A DNA stretch of 63,296 nucleotides, the filler included, from Octopus bimaculoides (Eukaryota): the NCBI RefSeq assembly GCF_001194135.2. It is 6 parts of 4 records of this genome, joined end to end, with 100 filler letters (N's around TTAATTAATTAA, not from the genome) between each part and the next. Parts side by side here need not be neighbours in the genome. Positions count along the whole stretch, not along the records: positions 1 to 13,364 come from NC_068996.1; positions 13,465 to 28,734 come from NC_069010.1; 4 more parts are not named here. The stretch is one strand, 5' to 3'. This document shows, in pieces, positions 12,620 through 23,490 of the stretch. The number at the start of each line of letters is the position of its first letter. The first letter of the stretch is position 1. The notes beneath the pieces were generated by a model. That model worked only from the letters and a program-made list of their open reading frames with translations, did no database searches and was not told where the DNA came from. A program made the position numbers and the translations under genes.

Positions 12620-12950
12620 ATCATCATTGTCATTTAACGCCTGCTTTCCATGCTGGCATGAGTTGGACAGTTTGACTGAGGACTGGTGAGCCAGAGGCTG
12701 CACCAGGCTGAATCTGATCTGGCAAAGTTTCTGCAGCTGGATGCCCTTCGTAGCACCAACCACTCCGAGAGTGTAGTGGGTGCTTTTACGTGCCAGTCAG
12801 GCAGTTCTGGCAACAACCACACTTGAATGCTGTTTTTTTATGTGCCACTGGCACTCAGATGTGCTTTTAACATACCACTGGCACAAGTACCAATCAGGTG
12901 GTACTGTCATCGGCCATGTCAGCAATTTTGATTTGATTTCACTTGCCTCA
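12620..12950 (-). mobile_element. RTE 3'-end-derived repeat with (GAT)n tail
   Basis: Same CATCATC..TTTAACG.C.GCTTTCCATGCT.GCATG.GTTGGAC family as copies at 137-256, 1560-1990, 19040-19580, 20480-20660, 20847-21007, 21590-21880 and 22107-22316. Confidence 0.75.
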
Positions 12951-13364
12951 ATGTTTCCATATCCCAATTCTGTATCTTAATTCAGATTAAGTGTTTTAAT
13001 TATACAGTCTCTTAATTATTCAGCTATTAGTCTTCTCCTACAATTCATTAGAACACCTAATCAAAATGTAAATGAAACAGGAGAATATTTCCGTAATGGT
13101 GCAGGAGTGGCTGTGTGGTAAGAAGCTTGCTTTCCATCCACATGGTTCTGGGTTCAGTCCCACTGTGTGACACCTTGGGTAAGTGTCTTCTACTATAGTC
13201 ATGAGCCAACCAAAGCCTTGTGAGTGGATTTGGTAGATGGAAATTAAAAGAATCCTATCGTATATATATGAATTTGGGTAACTGTTAACATAATCTACTT
13301 CAAGGTATGGATGAATTAAGTTTAGTTTTAAAACACCCATATTTATATATATATATATATATAT

Positions 13365-13464
13365 NNNNNNNNNNNNNNNNNNNNNNNNNNNNNNNNNNNN
13401 NNNNNNNNTTAATTAATTAANNNNNNNNNNNNNNNNNNNNNNNNNNNNNNNNNNNNNNNNNNNN
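13365..13464. other. Scaffold-join gap with artificial TTAATTAATTAA linker
   Basis: 44 N + TTAATTAATTAA + 44 N; the 12-mer gives stop codons in all six frames. Confidence 0.95.
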
Positions 13465-13830
13465 TCTGATCTTAATTGATTGGAAGTGTTATCATGTTCA
13501 TTGTTTTGTCTTGGTATAAAAAGATGGGCTTCAGCAAATATTCTGCTCAATACCACAGATTTGCTAATGCCCTGATGCAGTACCAGGCAATGGCTCTCAT
13601 GGCTTCTGATCTTAATTGATTGGAAGTGTTATCATGTTCATTGTTTTGTCTTGGTACAAAAAAATGGGTTACAGCAAATATTCTGCTCAATACCACAGAT
13701 TTGCTAATGCCCTGATGCAGTAGCAGGCAGTGGATTTCATGGCTTCTCAACTTAACTAATTGGAAGTGTTATCATGTACATTGTTTTGTCTTGGTACAAA
13801 AGATGGACTACAACAGATATTCTGCCCCCA
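13465..13830. repeat. About 140-bp tandem repeat (about 2.6 copies) of a SINE-associated segment
   Basis: TCTGATCTTAATTGATTGGAAGTGTTATCATG recurs at 13465, 13605 and (diverged) 13745. The same segment also occurs at about 60250-60410. Confidence 0.8.
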
Positions 13831-14548
13831 GTGTTTCACTGGTACTTAATTTACTGAACCCGAAAGGATGAAAGGCAAAGTCGACCTAGGTGAAATTTGA
13901 ACTCAGAATGTAGAGATGGGCAAAAACGCTGCTAAGCATTTTGTCTGGCATCTTAATGATTCTAGCAACTTACAACCTTATAATAATAATAATATTGATA
14001 ATGATGGTTTCAAATTTTGGTCCAGGGATAAACTGGTACTAATTTCATCAACCTCAAGAGGAGGAAAGGCAAAGTCTACCTTGGCGGAATTTGAACTCAG
14101 AATGTAGAGCCAGAATAACAGTTACAAAGCTCTGAGGAATCGGCAATCAAATATATTGTCCTGATGATGATGATGATGATGATAATAATAGTTGTTTTTA
14201 CTTCAGACCACAACAGCAGAGGGTACCACACACTATACACAAAAGTACCCTAAAACTTGTTATGGTACACAGACAGGATGGTCATAGCTGGAACATCTTT
14301 GATCATAGGCCTAGTGGACCAAGACTGACCCGGGGCTAAACAAATACAACAGCAAGGAAGGACACATTAGATAACGTAGTCCTAGATACACTATGTCTGA
14401 ATAAAAACCAAAATGGTCATAGCTGGAACAGGTATATCATAGGTATAGTGGGTCAGGATTGACCTGGGGTTAAACAACAACAGAGAAGGACACATTAGAC
14501 AATGTAGTCCTAGATAAACGATGACGGCAAAAACTGAAAGTTACTTAC

Positions 14549-14613
14549 TGCACCATCATAAGAAAGAGCCTCCTTCAACGACTGAAGTTGATCAAATTCA
14601 ACATAGGCAAAAC
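14549..14613 (-). CDS. EIF4H: eIF4H RRM exon ((G)[21 protein letters not shown])
   Basis: Acceptor TTTTTTTTCTTTTATTTTCAG and donor GCA|GTAAGT; 65 nt, phase 1 in and phase 0 out. Contains RNP1 (K)GFAYVEF and matches eIF4H [22 protein letters not shown]. Confidence 0.92.
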
Positions 14614-15941
14614 CTGAAAATAAAAGAAAAAAAAAAGTCAGTGGTCATTGGGTATTGGAACCAAGCCCATGCTGGGGCACTGCAAAGCATTTTAGCCCCC
14701 CCCCCACGCCTTGACCCCATACCATGGATATTTTCCTAGAACAAAATTAAGGTTTTTGTTGCATGAGGGGCCAAGCTGCTAGGGCTTAAAACAAACTAAT
14801 AAAGGAACCTGGAATTTGATGGTTCCTTCAAAACAATACAACCACAGCAAATTACTCTCAGAGTACANNNNNNNNNNNNNNNNNNNNNNNNNNNNNNNNN
14901 NNNNNNNNNNNNNNNNNNNNNNNNNNNNNNNNNNNNNNNNNNNNNNNNNNNNNNNNNNNNNNNNNNNNNNNNNNNNNNNNNNNNNNNNNNNNNNNNNNNN
15001 NNNNNNNNNNNNNNNNNNNNNNNNNNNNNNNNNNNNNNNNNNNNNNNNNNNNNNNNNNNNNNNNNNNNNNNNNNNNNNNNNNNNNNNNNNNNNNNNNNNN
15101 NNNNNNNNNNNNNNNNNNNNNNNNNNNNNNNNNNNNNNNNNNNNNNNNNNNNNNNNNNNNNNNNNNNNNNNNNNNNNNNNNNNNNNNNNNNNNNNNNNNN
15201 NNNNNNNNNNNNNNNNNNNNNNNNNNNNNNNNNNNNNNNNNNNNNNNNNNNNNNNNNNNNNNNNNNNNNNNNNNNNNNNNNNNNNNNNNNNNNNNNNNNN
15301 NNNNNNNNNNNNNNNNNNNNNNNNNNNNNNNNNNNNNNNNNNNNNNNNNNNNNNNNNNNNNNNNNNNNNNNNNNNNNNNNNNNNNNNNNNNNNNNNNNNN
15401 NNNNNNNNNNNNNNNNNNNNNNNNNNNNNNNNNNNNNNNNNNNNNNNNNNNNNNNNNNNNNNNNNNNNNNNNNNNNNNNNNNGAATAAGTACTAGGCTTC
15501 CAAAGAATAAGTCCTGGGGTCAATTTGCTCGACTAAAGGCGGTGCTCCAGCATGGCCGCAGTCAAATGACTGAAACAAGTAAAAGAGTAAAAGAGTATAT
15601 ATATATATAGATGCACGTGCTTGACAACAGGTGTTGGTATGCATATGTCCCCAAAGCCTTTGACCATAGATGGTCTGATGGACCAGAGTTGACCAGTGAC
15701 TAAACACTAGTCGATACCATGGTAACAGTGAATGTTAGGGGTCAGCAAACACAGGGAACAACCAGCTTTACGGTCCCCAAGCCAACAAGGTACCATACCA
15801 GATCACACGGTACCTAGTGTTGTTTATCAATCCAAGTCAAGCCAGCGTGACAACACAAAGAATTTTAAAAAAGCAAGCAAAGGGCCAATGAATGGTTTCA
15901 ATCAGGAGACGTTCACAATAGTGCCTCAGTGACACACTTAC

Positions 15942-15990
15942 CTTTAAATTTGTCTGTGTCTCTGTCTCGGACCAGTCGTACATTCCGTAC
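15942..15990 (-). CDS. EIF4H: eIF4H RRM exon ([17 protein letters not shown])
   Basis: Branch-like TCTAAC, acceptor TTATTACAG, donor AAG|GTAAGT; 49 nt, splicing in frame to the 14549-14613 exon. Matches eIF4H IRSVRLVRDKDTDKFKG. Confidence 0.92.
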
Positions 15991-17205
15991 CTGTAATAAA
16001 CGGTGGTACAGGTTAGACAGAAATTATAAAGATGCCAATAATGAAGTTGTTATATGTAAACTAATTAAAAGCAACAGAAGCATTATTAATACCAAAAGGC
16101 AATCTTGATCTCCGACTTTGGTGTGTAAAAATGCTAGTGTCTATATCATTGACACGTCTCCTACAGCTACTGGAATTACCAGATCATGTAATTTCGCCCT
16201 GCTTTGGTCTTTTCAGTGACAGACATCCAGTTGCAATATAACAGCCAAATCTCCCGTCAACAATATATAGAATCTCAATCCCCATTCAGGCACTGATGTT
16301 GCAAATAGCCATTGAGCTCGTTAAAAAAATAATAGCGAAAGAAGCAGTATTAATACTGGAAGGTAAACCTTATGTCTGACTTAACATGGATGCTGTGTTA
16401 GAACATGGAAAACTGTGGTGTTTACCAAGAGAGGACCTCTTATATGGACTTGTGGTGACTAAAAGGGCGAAGAACCCTTCTGGTCATGAATGACCATGGG
16501 ATTGCACCTAGAAAGTCCCCCTCCGAAATACAAGTCCAGGCAAGGTTGTCTATGGAAGACCAGCAGTCGCCCACGCACCCCCCCCTGCTCCAACCATCCA
16601 TGTTATCCAAGGGAAAGGCAAAGGCTGATACAGCTTGGCACCAGTGACATTGTAACCCATTTCTACAGCTGAGCGAACTGGAGCAATGTAAAAAAAAGTG
16701 TGTTGCTCAAGAACATGACACAGAGCCCAGCCTGGGAATCAAACACGCTACCTCATGATTGTGAGCCGGATACTCTAACCACTGAGCCAGCACTTGTGTA
16801 TAACCATCCACTATGGCAGCCAGAACTACCAGATTACATAATTTTGCCCAATAAACACAGGAGATTTTAAGCACCACTAGTCCATACAAAAGGTCCTCTC
16901 ATGGTAAATAATGCAGTATTGTGGGTTCTAACACTACATTCACATTAAGATGGATATAAAGACTGCCTTTTGATGAATTACATTTGTATTTCTCTTTTAA
17001 ATTTTGTCTTAAACAGTTACAAATTTCTCAATGTTACAATACACATATACATAAATATACACATATACATACATATACACATATATACATACATAAATAT
17101 ACACATATATACATAAATACACACATATATACATACATACACACATATATACATACATAAATATACACATATATACATACATAAATATACATGTATATAC
17201 ACATA

Positions 17206-17425
17206 TATTGGGTTGGTGCATAATTATTGTTGGATTTTTTTCAACAAATTTTATTCAACAAAAACATCTTTAAAAGATGGTCTGACTGTCTGCCAAGCAA
17301 ATGGGAAGCAGTAATTGAAGTGGATGGTGAATATGCTCCGGAATAATCATTTAAAGATGTTTTTGTTACATGTTGTTGTCTTTTGTTGAATAAAAAAGCT
17401 GCAATAATTATGTACCAACCCAATA
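17206..17425 (+). mobile_element. Mariner-derived MITE (about 216 bp plus TA target duplications)
   Basis: TIRs TATTGGGTTGGTGCATAATTATTG and CAATAATTATGTACCAACCCAATA. The interior encodes the transposase tail LPSKWEAVIEVDGEYAPE*. Confidence 0.88.
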
Positions 17426-19814
17426 CATACATACACAAATGCACACACACATATAATCTGAATTAGTTTAAAATAACCATCTATATAGTATACTTAATGT
17501 AAATACATGACAAATTTACTGAGATATTCATCTGGAGACAATATCTGTTAACCTAAACATGCTATGTTCCCAGCGTAGTGAGAATAGTCTAAATGGAATC
17601 TCTACAGAATTCTCGTTAATGCCGTAATGAACATGCACAGAAAAAAAAGAGAGATAAAATGCCAAAAACAGACAATCGCTAGGTTGTTGTTTCAATTCCT
17701 GGACTGGACAGTGGATTGTGTTCTTGCACAAAGCTCTTCATCTCCTGCTGCTCTGCAATCACCGACACCTGACTTGTAGTAAGAGTGTGCACCTGTTTAG
17801 GCAACATTGATTTCATGGAGGTAAAGAGCAAATGGACAGCATTAATATTTGATCACTATAAATATAAGCGCCTGTGCACGTTGTTGAGCAAGAAATTGCA
17901 GAACCATCTTTGTCAGAAAGGCTACCATCACATGATGAAGATGTAGAAGCTTCAAGAAAGTCTATAACTGCGTGTAAATTTTTTTGGTTAAACAAAGCTT
18001 TTGGAGAGGGGTGAGGGGAGAGGACGAAAACCCACGCCCTAAAGTCATGATTATTTAAATGATTTATTTCATATATATATANNNNNNNNNNNNNNNNNNN
18101 NNNNNNNNNNNNNNNNNNNNNNNNNNNNNNNNNNNNNNNNNNNNNNNNNNNNNNNNNNNNNNNNNNNNNNNNNNNNNNNNNNNNNNNNNNNNNNNNNNNN
18201 NNNNNNNNNNNNNNNNNNNNNNNNNNNNNNNNNNNNNNNNNNNNNNNNNNNNNNNNNNNNNNNNNNNNNNNNNNNNNNNNNNNNNNNNNNNNNNNNNNNN
18301 NNNNNNNNNNNNNNNNNNNNNNNNNNNNNNNNNNNNNNNNNNNNNNNNNNNNNNNNNNNNNNNNNNNNNNNNNNNNNNNNNNNNNNNNNNNNNNNNNNNN
18401 NNNNNNNNNNNNNNNNNNNNNNNNNNNNNNNNNNNNNNNNNNNNNNNNNNNNNNNNNNNNNNNNNNNNNNNNNNNNNNNNNNNNNNNNNNNNNNNNNNNN
18501 NNNNNNNNNNNNACAACAACAACAACAATAGTAAGTTCTTTGATTACTGCAAGAGTAATGGAGATGCGATAGAAACCATCCTCCTCCTCGATTCAACCCC
18601 CCCCCCCCACTTTGCCATGCCATGCGTGGAACAGTTGGAACTCGTCGAGGCAGATTCCCCTACAGCCAGACGCCCTTCTTGTCACCAACCCTCACCAGTT
18701 TCCAAGCAAGGTAATATTTCCTATAGCCGCACGTGTTTCTTATGGAAGTCTGGAAGCATAAGACACTGCTTGTACAACAAATGGTGCTCATTTACAACCA
18801 TCGCAAGATGCCAAGAAAAAAAGCACTGACAGATACACACAAAATAGAGAGTATGATGCAGCATTCATAGTAAGCTCTCCACTCGGAATTGGCTATCAGT
18901 TGACATAGCAATCAATGACAAAGTAGTGTAATTTAGTAAGGCCCTCAAACTAAAAATCCAGGAAATCTGTGCGGAGTAAATAAGGAATAAAGTGAGGAGG
19001 TGTGAAAGGTGAAGATAGATTTATTATTTCCATGTTGTATCATTATCATCGTTTAACACCTGTCTTCCATGCTAGCAAGCGAGAGGACTGTGCTAGGCTC
19101 TTTGGTCTGCTTTGGATGACCTTCCTAACACCACCCACTTTACAGAATGTATGTCTATCATCATTTAATATGTCTTACATACCCACATGGGACAGATGGT
19201 TTCACAGGAGCTGGTAAGCCAGAGGACTGGGTCAGGCTCTCTGGTCTGTTTTGTCATGGTTCTTTCATGACTGGATGCCCCTCCTAACGCTACCCACTTT
19301 ACAAAATGTGTGTGTGCCATTATTTAACGTTCGTTTTCCATGCTTGCAAGGGTTGGACAGTTTGACCAGGATCCATTGTCTGCTCTGGCACACCATTCCC
19401 AACGCCACCCACTTTCCAGAATGTATGTGATCATCATTTAACGTCCATCTTCCATGTTGGCACGAGGTGGACAGTTTGACGGGAGCTGCTAAACTAGAGG
19501 ACTGCACCAGGTTCCACTGCTTGCTCTGGCATGCCCTTCCAAACATTTACAGAGTTCACTGGGTGCTTTTTATGTGGCACTGAGATAGATAGATAGGTAG
19601 GTAAGTAGGTAGGTACCACAATAGGCTTCTTTCAGTTTCCACTCACAAGGCTTTGTATTGGTCCAGGGATATATTATTATTGGGGTGGCTGTGTGGTCAA
19701 GAAGCTTGTTTCACAACCAACTGGTTTCAGGTTTGGTCCCAGCATGTGGCACCTTGAGCAAATATTGTCTTCCACAGACCCCCATCAAGTTGGCCAATAT
19801 CCTGAATGTGAAAT

Positions 19815-20470
19815 GTGGTAGATGTGATCTATTTCGGCAGATGAACTTATTGAATCAATGGCAAATATCACTTGATGCTAAGCAGATGAAAACTGTCGGC
19901 TGTCAACAGTGAACTACTGCTATCATCTGTAGACAAGGCCTGTGCAGATGAGATATTTCAGTTAGTGAAAGACCAATGTGACTAAAACCCAATCTAGAAT
20001 GTTCATGCTGCTTTATTTAATTGAGACATCTGGGGATGTGAATTATTTTGGGAGATGAATTCACTGAGTCAATGGCTAATATCACTAAATGCTGAGCAAA
20101 CAGACTATCAATGGCCAGGATGAACCAGTTCAGTTAATGAACGACTGCTAGCATCTGTAGTTGTGGCATGTACAGATGGGATACTTCAGCTAGCAAAGGA
20201 CTTCTTATTATGACTGAAAACCCAAGCTAGAACATTCATGCTGCATAGCTTGAATGGGACATCTGGGGATGTGAACTATTTCGGTAGATGAATTCATTAA
20301 GTCAATGGTAAATATCATTAAATGTTGAGCAGAGGAGAAAACAACAAACTATCAATGGCCAGGATGAATCCTCAGTTCAGTTAGTAAACTATACTGCTAT
20401 AATCTGGAGTTCTGGCATGTGCTGATGGGATATTTCAGACATTCATGCTGCATCTCTTGATCGGGACATC
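19815..20470. repeat. Degenerate tandem repeat, about 215-235-bp unit, about 3 copies
   Basis: GATGTGA..TATTT.GG.AGATGAA.T.A.T.A.TCAATGG..AATATCA.T.AATG.T.AGCA recurs at about 19820, 20035 and 20268. Confidence 0.8.
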
Positions 20471-23112
20471 TTGTGTGGAAGAGCCTGCACCAGACTCCAG
20501 TCTGATCTGGCAATGTTTCTACAGCTGGAAGACCTTCCTAACGCCAACCACTCCGAGAGTGTAGTGGTTGGCTTTTTACGTGCCACTGGCACGGGAGCCA
20601 GTCAAGACGGATCTGGCATCAACCACGTTAGGATGGTGCTTTTTACGTGCCACTGGCACGCAAATAGAGTAATCTGAACATTTAAGGGTAATTAGAATAA
20701 TGTGAACATTTAAGGGTTATTGTAATATTATGGTTTTGATTCCTGGACTGGATGATACGTTGCTTTCTTGAGGAAAACACTTCATTTCACAGTGCTCCAG
20801 TCCACTCAGCTGGCAAAAATGAGTAATCCAGTAGTGGGGAAATATATCATCATCATCGTTTAACGTCCGCTTTCCATGCTAGCATGGGTTGGACGATTTG
20901 ACTGAGGACTGGTGAAACCAGATGGCTACACCAGACTCCAATCTGATTTGGCAGAGTTTCTACAGCTGGATGCCCTTCCTAACGCCAACCACTACGAGAG
21001 TGTAGTATGTGTGCCACAGAAACTGGGAAACCAGCCATATGATGCGTGAAAGAACTTTATCACCCCTTTTAAAAAAATGTTATTAATTTAGTTGATTGAG
21101 TAAATGAACCTTCCTCATCATCCTTCACGAACAAAGGAGCCAGTAGGCTATTGAGGGTGACTGGAAGAACTGCATATCTCATACGGACCAAAGAGGAGGT
21201 TGGTGGGACAAGACCCTCCTCCTCCATTTACTTCTTTCTATTTGAGCTTCTTCACTCCACCCCACCTTTGTTTCTGTTAATCAAAAGCACAGAGCATAAG
21301 ACCACCCTGTCTAGTGAAGCGGCACCGACAGAGGTGCCACCTCCTATGAACAGAACAGGATTGCAGGGGCACAAAAGAAAACGCAAACTATGCAAGTTCA
21401 GAGCCAAATCCTTGCTTTCAGCCCCTAACCTGCAGCAGAGCCTTCATCAGACTGATTGGCTACAGCAAGACATAATCCTTATTTATTCACAGTTTTTAAA
21501 AAGTCCATAAGCAAAAAACGGTTGGGAATCACTGATTTAACTCCTAGGCATTCAGATTATCTGTCAAATGTAATCCTTTTTTATTCACATCATCATCGTT
21601 TAACGTCCGCTTTCCATGCTAGCATGGGTTGGACGATTTGACTGAGAACTGGTGAAGCCAGATGGCTACACCAGGCTCCAATCTGACAGAGTTTCTACAG
21701 CTGGATGCCCTTCCTAACGCCAACCACTCCGAGAGTGTAGTGGGTGCTTTTACGTGTCACTCACACGAAGGCCAGTCGGGCGGTACTGGCAACGGCCACG
21801 CTCAAAATGGTGTATTTTATGTGCCACCTGCACAAGAGCCAGTCGAGGGGCACTGGCAACGATCTCGCTCGAAAATCCTTAGTTTTTAAAATTTAAGCAT
21901 GCATTTTCTCATAGGTTTGAGATTCCAATGACATGATTGTTTGTTTTAAACTGACATTATAGGGCAGGACCAGGTCAGTTTGAACATAAAACAGTGAATA
22001 TATTTTGGCCTGATATGGCCGGTTAAAATTTATTTCGTGCCATGTCAAACCATGTCTTCCCAGACAGACAGGCCTCTTGATCAGGATAGATTTCTGCATT
22101 CTTTGAGAGTACCGCCTGACTGGCCTTCATGTGGGTGACACGTAAAAGCACCCACTACACTCTCTGAGTGGTTGGCGTTAGGAAGGGCATCCAGCTGTAG
22201 AAACTCTGCCAAATCAGATTGGAACCTGGTGTAGCCATCCGGTTTCACCAGTCGTCAGTCAAATCGTCCAACCCATGCTAGCATGGAGAGCGGATGTTAA
22301 ACGATGACGATGATGAAGTTATGTCTCGATAAACTAAATTTTTGTTTTTTCATTTGGTGCAGAGATGTAAAGATTTTTCTTAGTTCATTTCTCAAAAGGC
22401 AACTCCTTTGACTGTTGGCCCTCATGAAATTCTTTACACACACACACTCAGCATGAGTGATATCCATATACAGTGAGTGAGAGAGAGTGTGAGTGTGGTA
22501 AATATATAAAGTGAAGGGGAAGTTTACAATGAGGAAAATGTAAATGAAAGGGAAAGACAGATAGAAAGAGAGTGAGAGAGAGAGAGAGAGATCTTTTCTG
22601 TTTCAGTTACAGATTTTGTATCAGGCTTAACCACCACCACCCGGGGAAGGGTGGCGGCGGTGCTTGACTGAAACAAGTAAAAGATAAAGAATAAAGATAA
22701 AAAAGAGAGGTTTAAAGTTTGATTGGTTTTTACCTGTCAAAAAAATGAAAGTAAACAAGAGTGGNNNNNNNNNNNNNNNNNNNNNNNNNNNNNNNNNNNN
22801 NNNNNNNNNNNNNNNNNNNNNNNNNNNNNNNNNNNNNNNNNNNNNNNNNNNNNNNNNNNNNNNNNNNNNNNNNNNNNNNNNNNNNNNNNNNNNNNNNNNN
22901 NNNNNNNNNNNNNNNNNNNNNNNNNNNNNNNNNNNNNNNNNNNNNNNNNNNNNNNNNNNNNNNNNNNNNNNNNNNNNNNNNNNNNNNNNNNNNNNNNNNN
23001 NNNNNNNNNNNNNNNNNNNNNNNNNNNNNNNNNNNNNNNNNNNNNNNNNNNNNNNNNNNNNNNNNNNNNNNNNNNNNNNNNNNNNNNNNNNNNTTCAGTC
23101 CCCCAGCATAGA

Positions 23113-23276
23113 GGTGTAGAGTGGCTGTGTGGTAAGTACCTTGCTTACCAACCACACGGTTCTGGGTTCAGTCCCACTGCGTGGCACTTTGGGCAAATGT
23201 CTTCGACTATAGCCTCGGGCCGACCAAAGCCTTGTGAGTGGACTTGGTAGACGGAAACTGAAAGAAGCCCGTCGTA

Positions 23277-23315
<39 letters not shown>

Positions 23316-23490
23316 TTGTGTTTGTCGCCCCCAACATCGCTTGACAACCGATGCTGGTGTGGTTACGTCCCCGTAACTTAGCGGTTCGGCAAAAAGAGAC
23401 CGAGAAAAAAGTCCCGGGGTCGATGTGTTCGACTAAAAGGTGGTGCTCCAGCATGGCCACAGTCAAATGACTGAAACAAGTAAAAGAGTA
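23113..23490 (+). mobile_element. tRNA-derived SINE, family A (near full length)
   Basis: tRNA-like head (GTGGCTGTGTGGTAAG ... GGGTTCAGTCCC), internal (TA)/(TG) tract and 3' GACTGAAACAAGTAAAAGA tail. Partial copies at 9148-9330, 11672-11975, 13098-13270, 15484-15596, 24160-24345, 24773-24938, 25573-25735, 39785-39893 and 56046-56215. Confidence 0.9.

Noticed and set aside
13409-13420. TTAATTAATTAA as a biological palindrome or repeat
   Set aside because: Identical 44N padding at five sites shows it is an assembly linker.
14816-15610. Long X-filled ORFs here and at other N gaps
   Set aside because: They are open only because N runs contain no stop codons.
19815-20470. Regularly spaced repeats as a CRISPR-like array
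   Set aside because: Eukaryotic context, long degenerate whole-unit repeats with homologous intervening sequence, and no cas genes.
20895-20935. CTGAGGA-CTGGT-GAAA in the RTE-derived repeat (also CTGACGA-CTGGT-GAAA at about 22240-22258, minus strand)
   Set aside because: Only 5 nt lie between the core motifs, so there is no stem II, and there is no correctly placed UH or stem I.
21421-21431. CCCTAACC as a telomerase RNA template
   Set aside because: An 8-mer is expected by chance, and no pseudoknot or CR4/5 follows on that strand.
21410-21470. Type III hammerhead-like arrangement on the minus strand (TCTTGCT...CTGATGA-AG..CT-GAAA-GCAAGG)
   Set aside because: The core and stem III match, but position 17 is G rather than H, the 12 nt that should form stem I cannot pair, and stem II has a G-G mismatch. 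The spacer is better explained as a CCAAT box.
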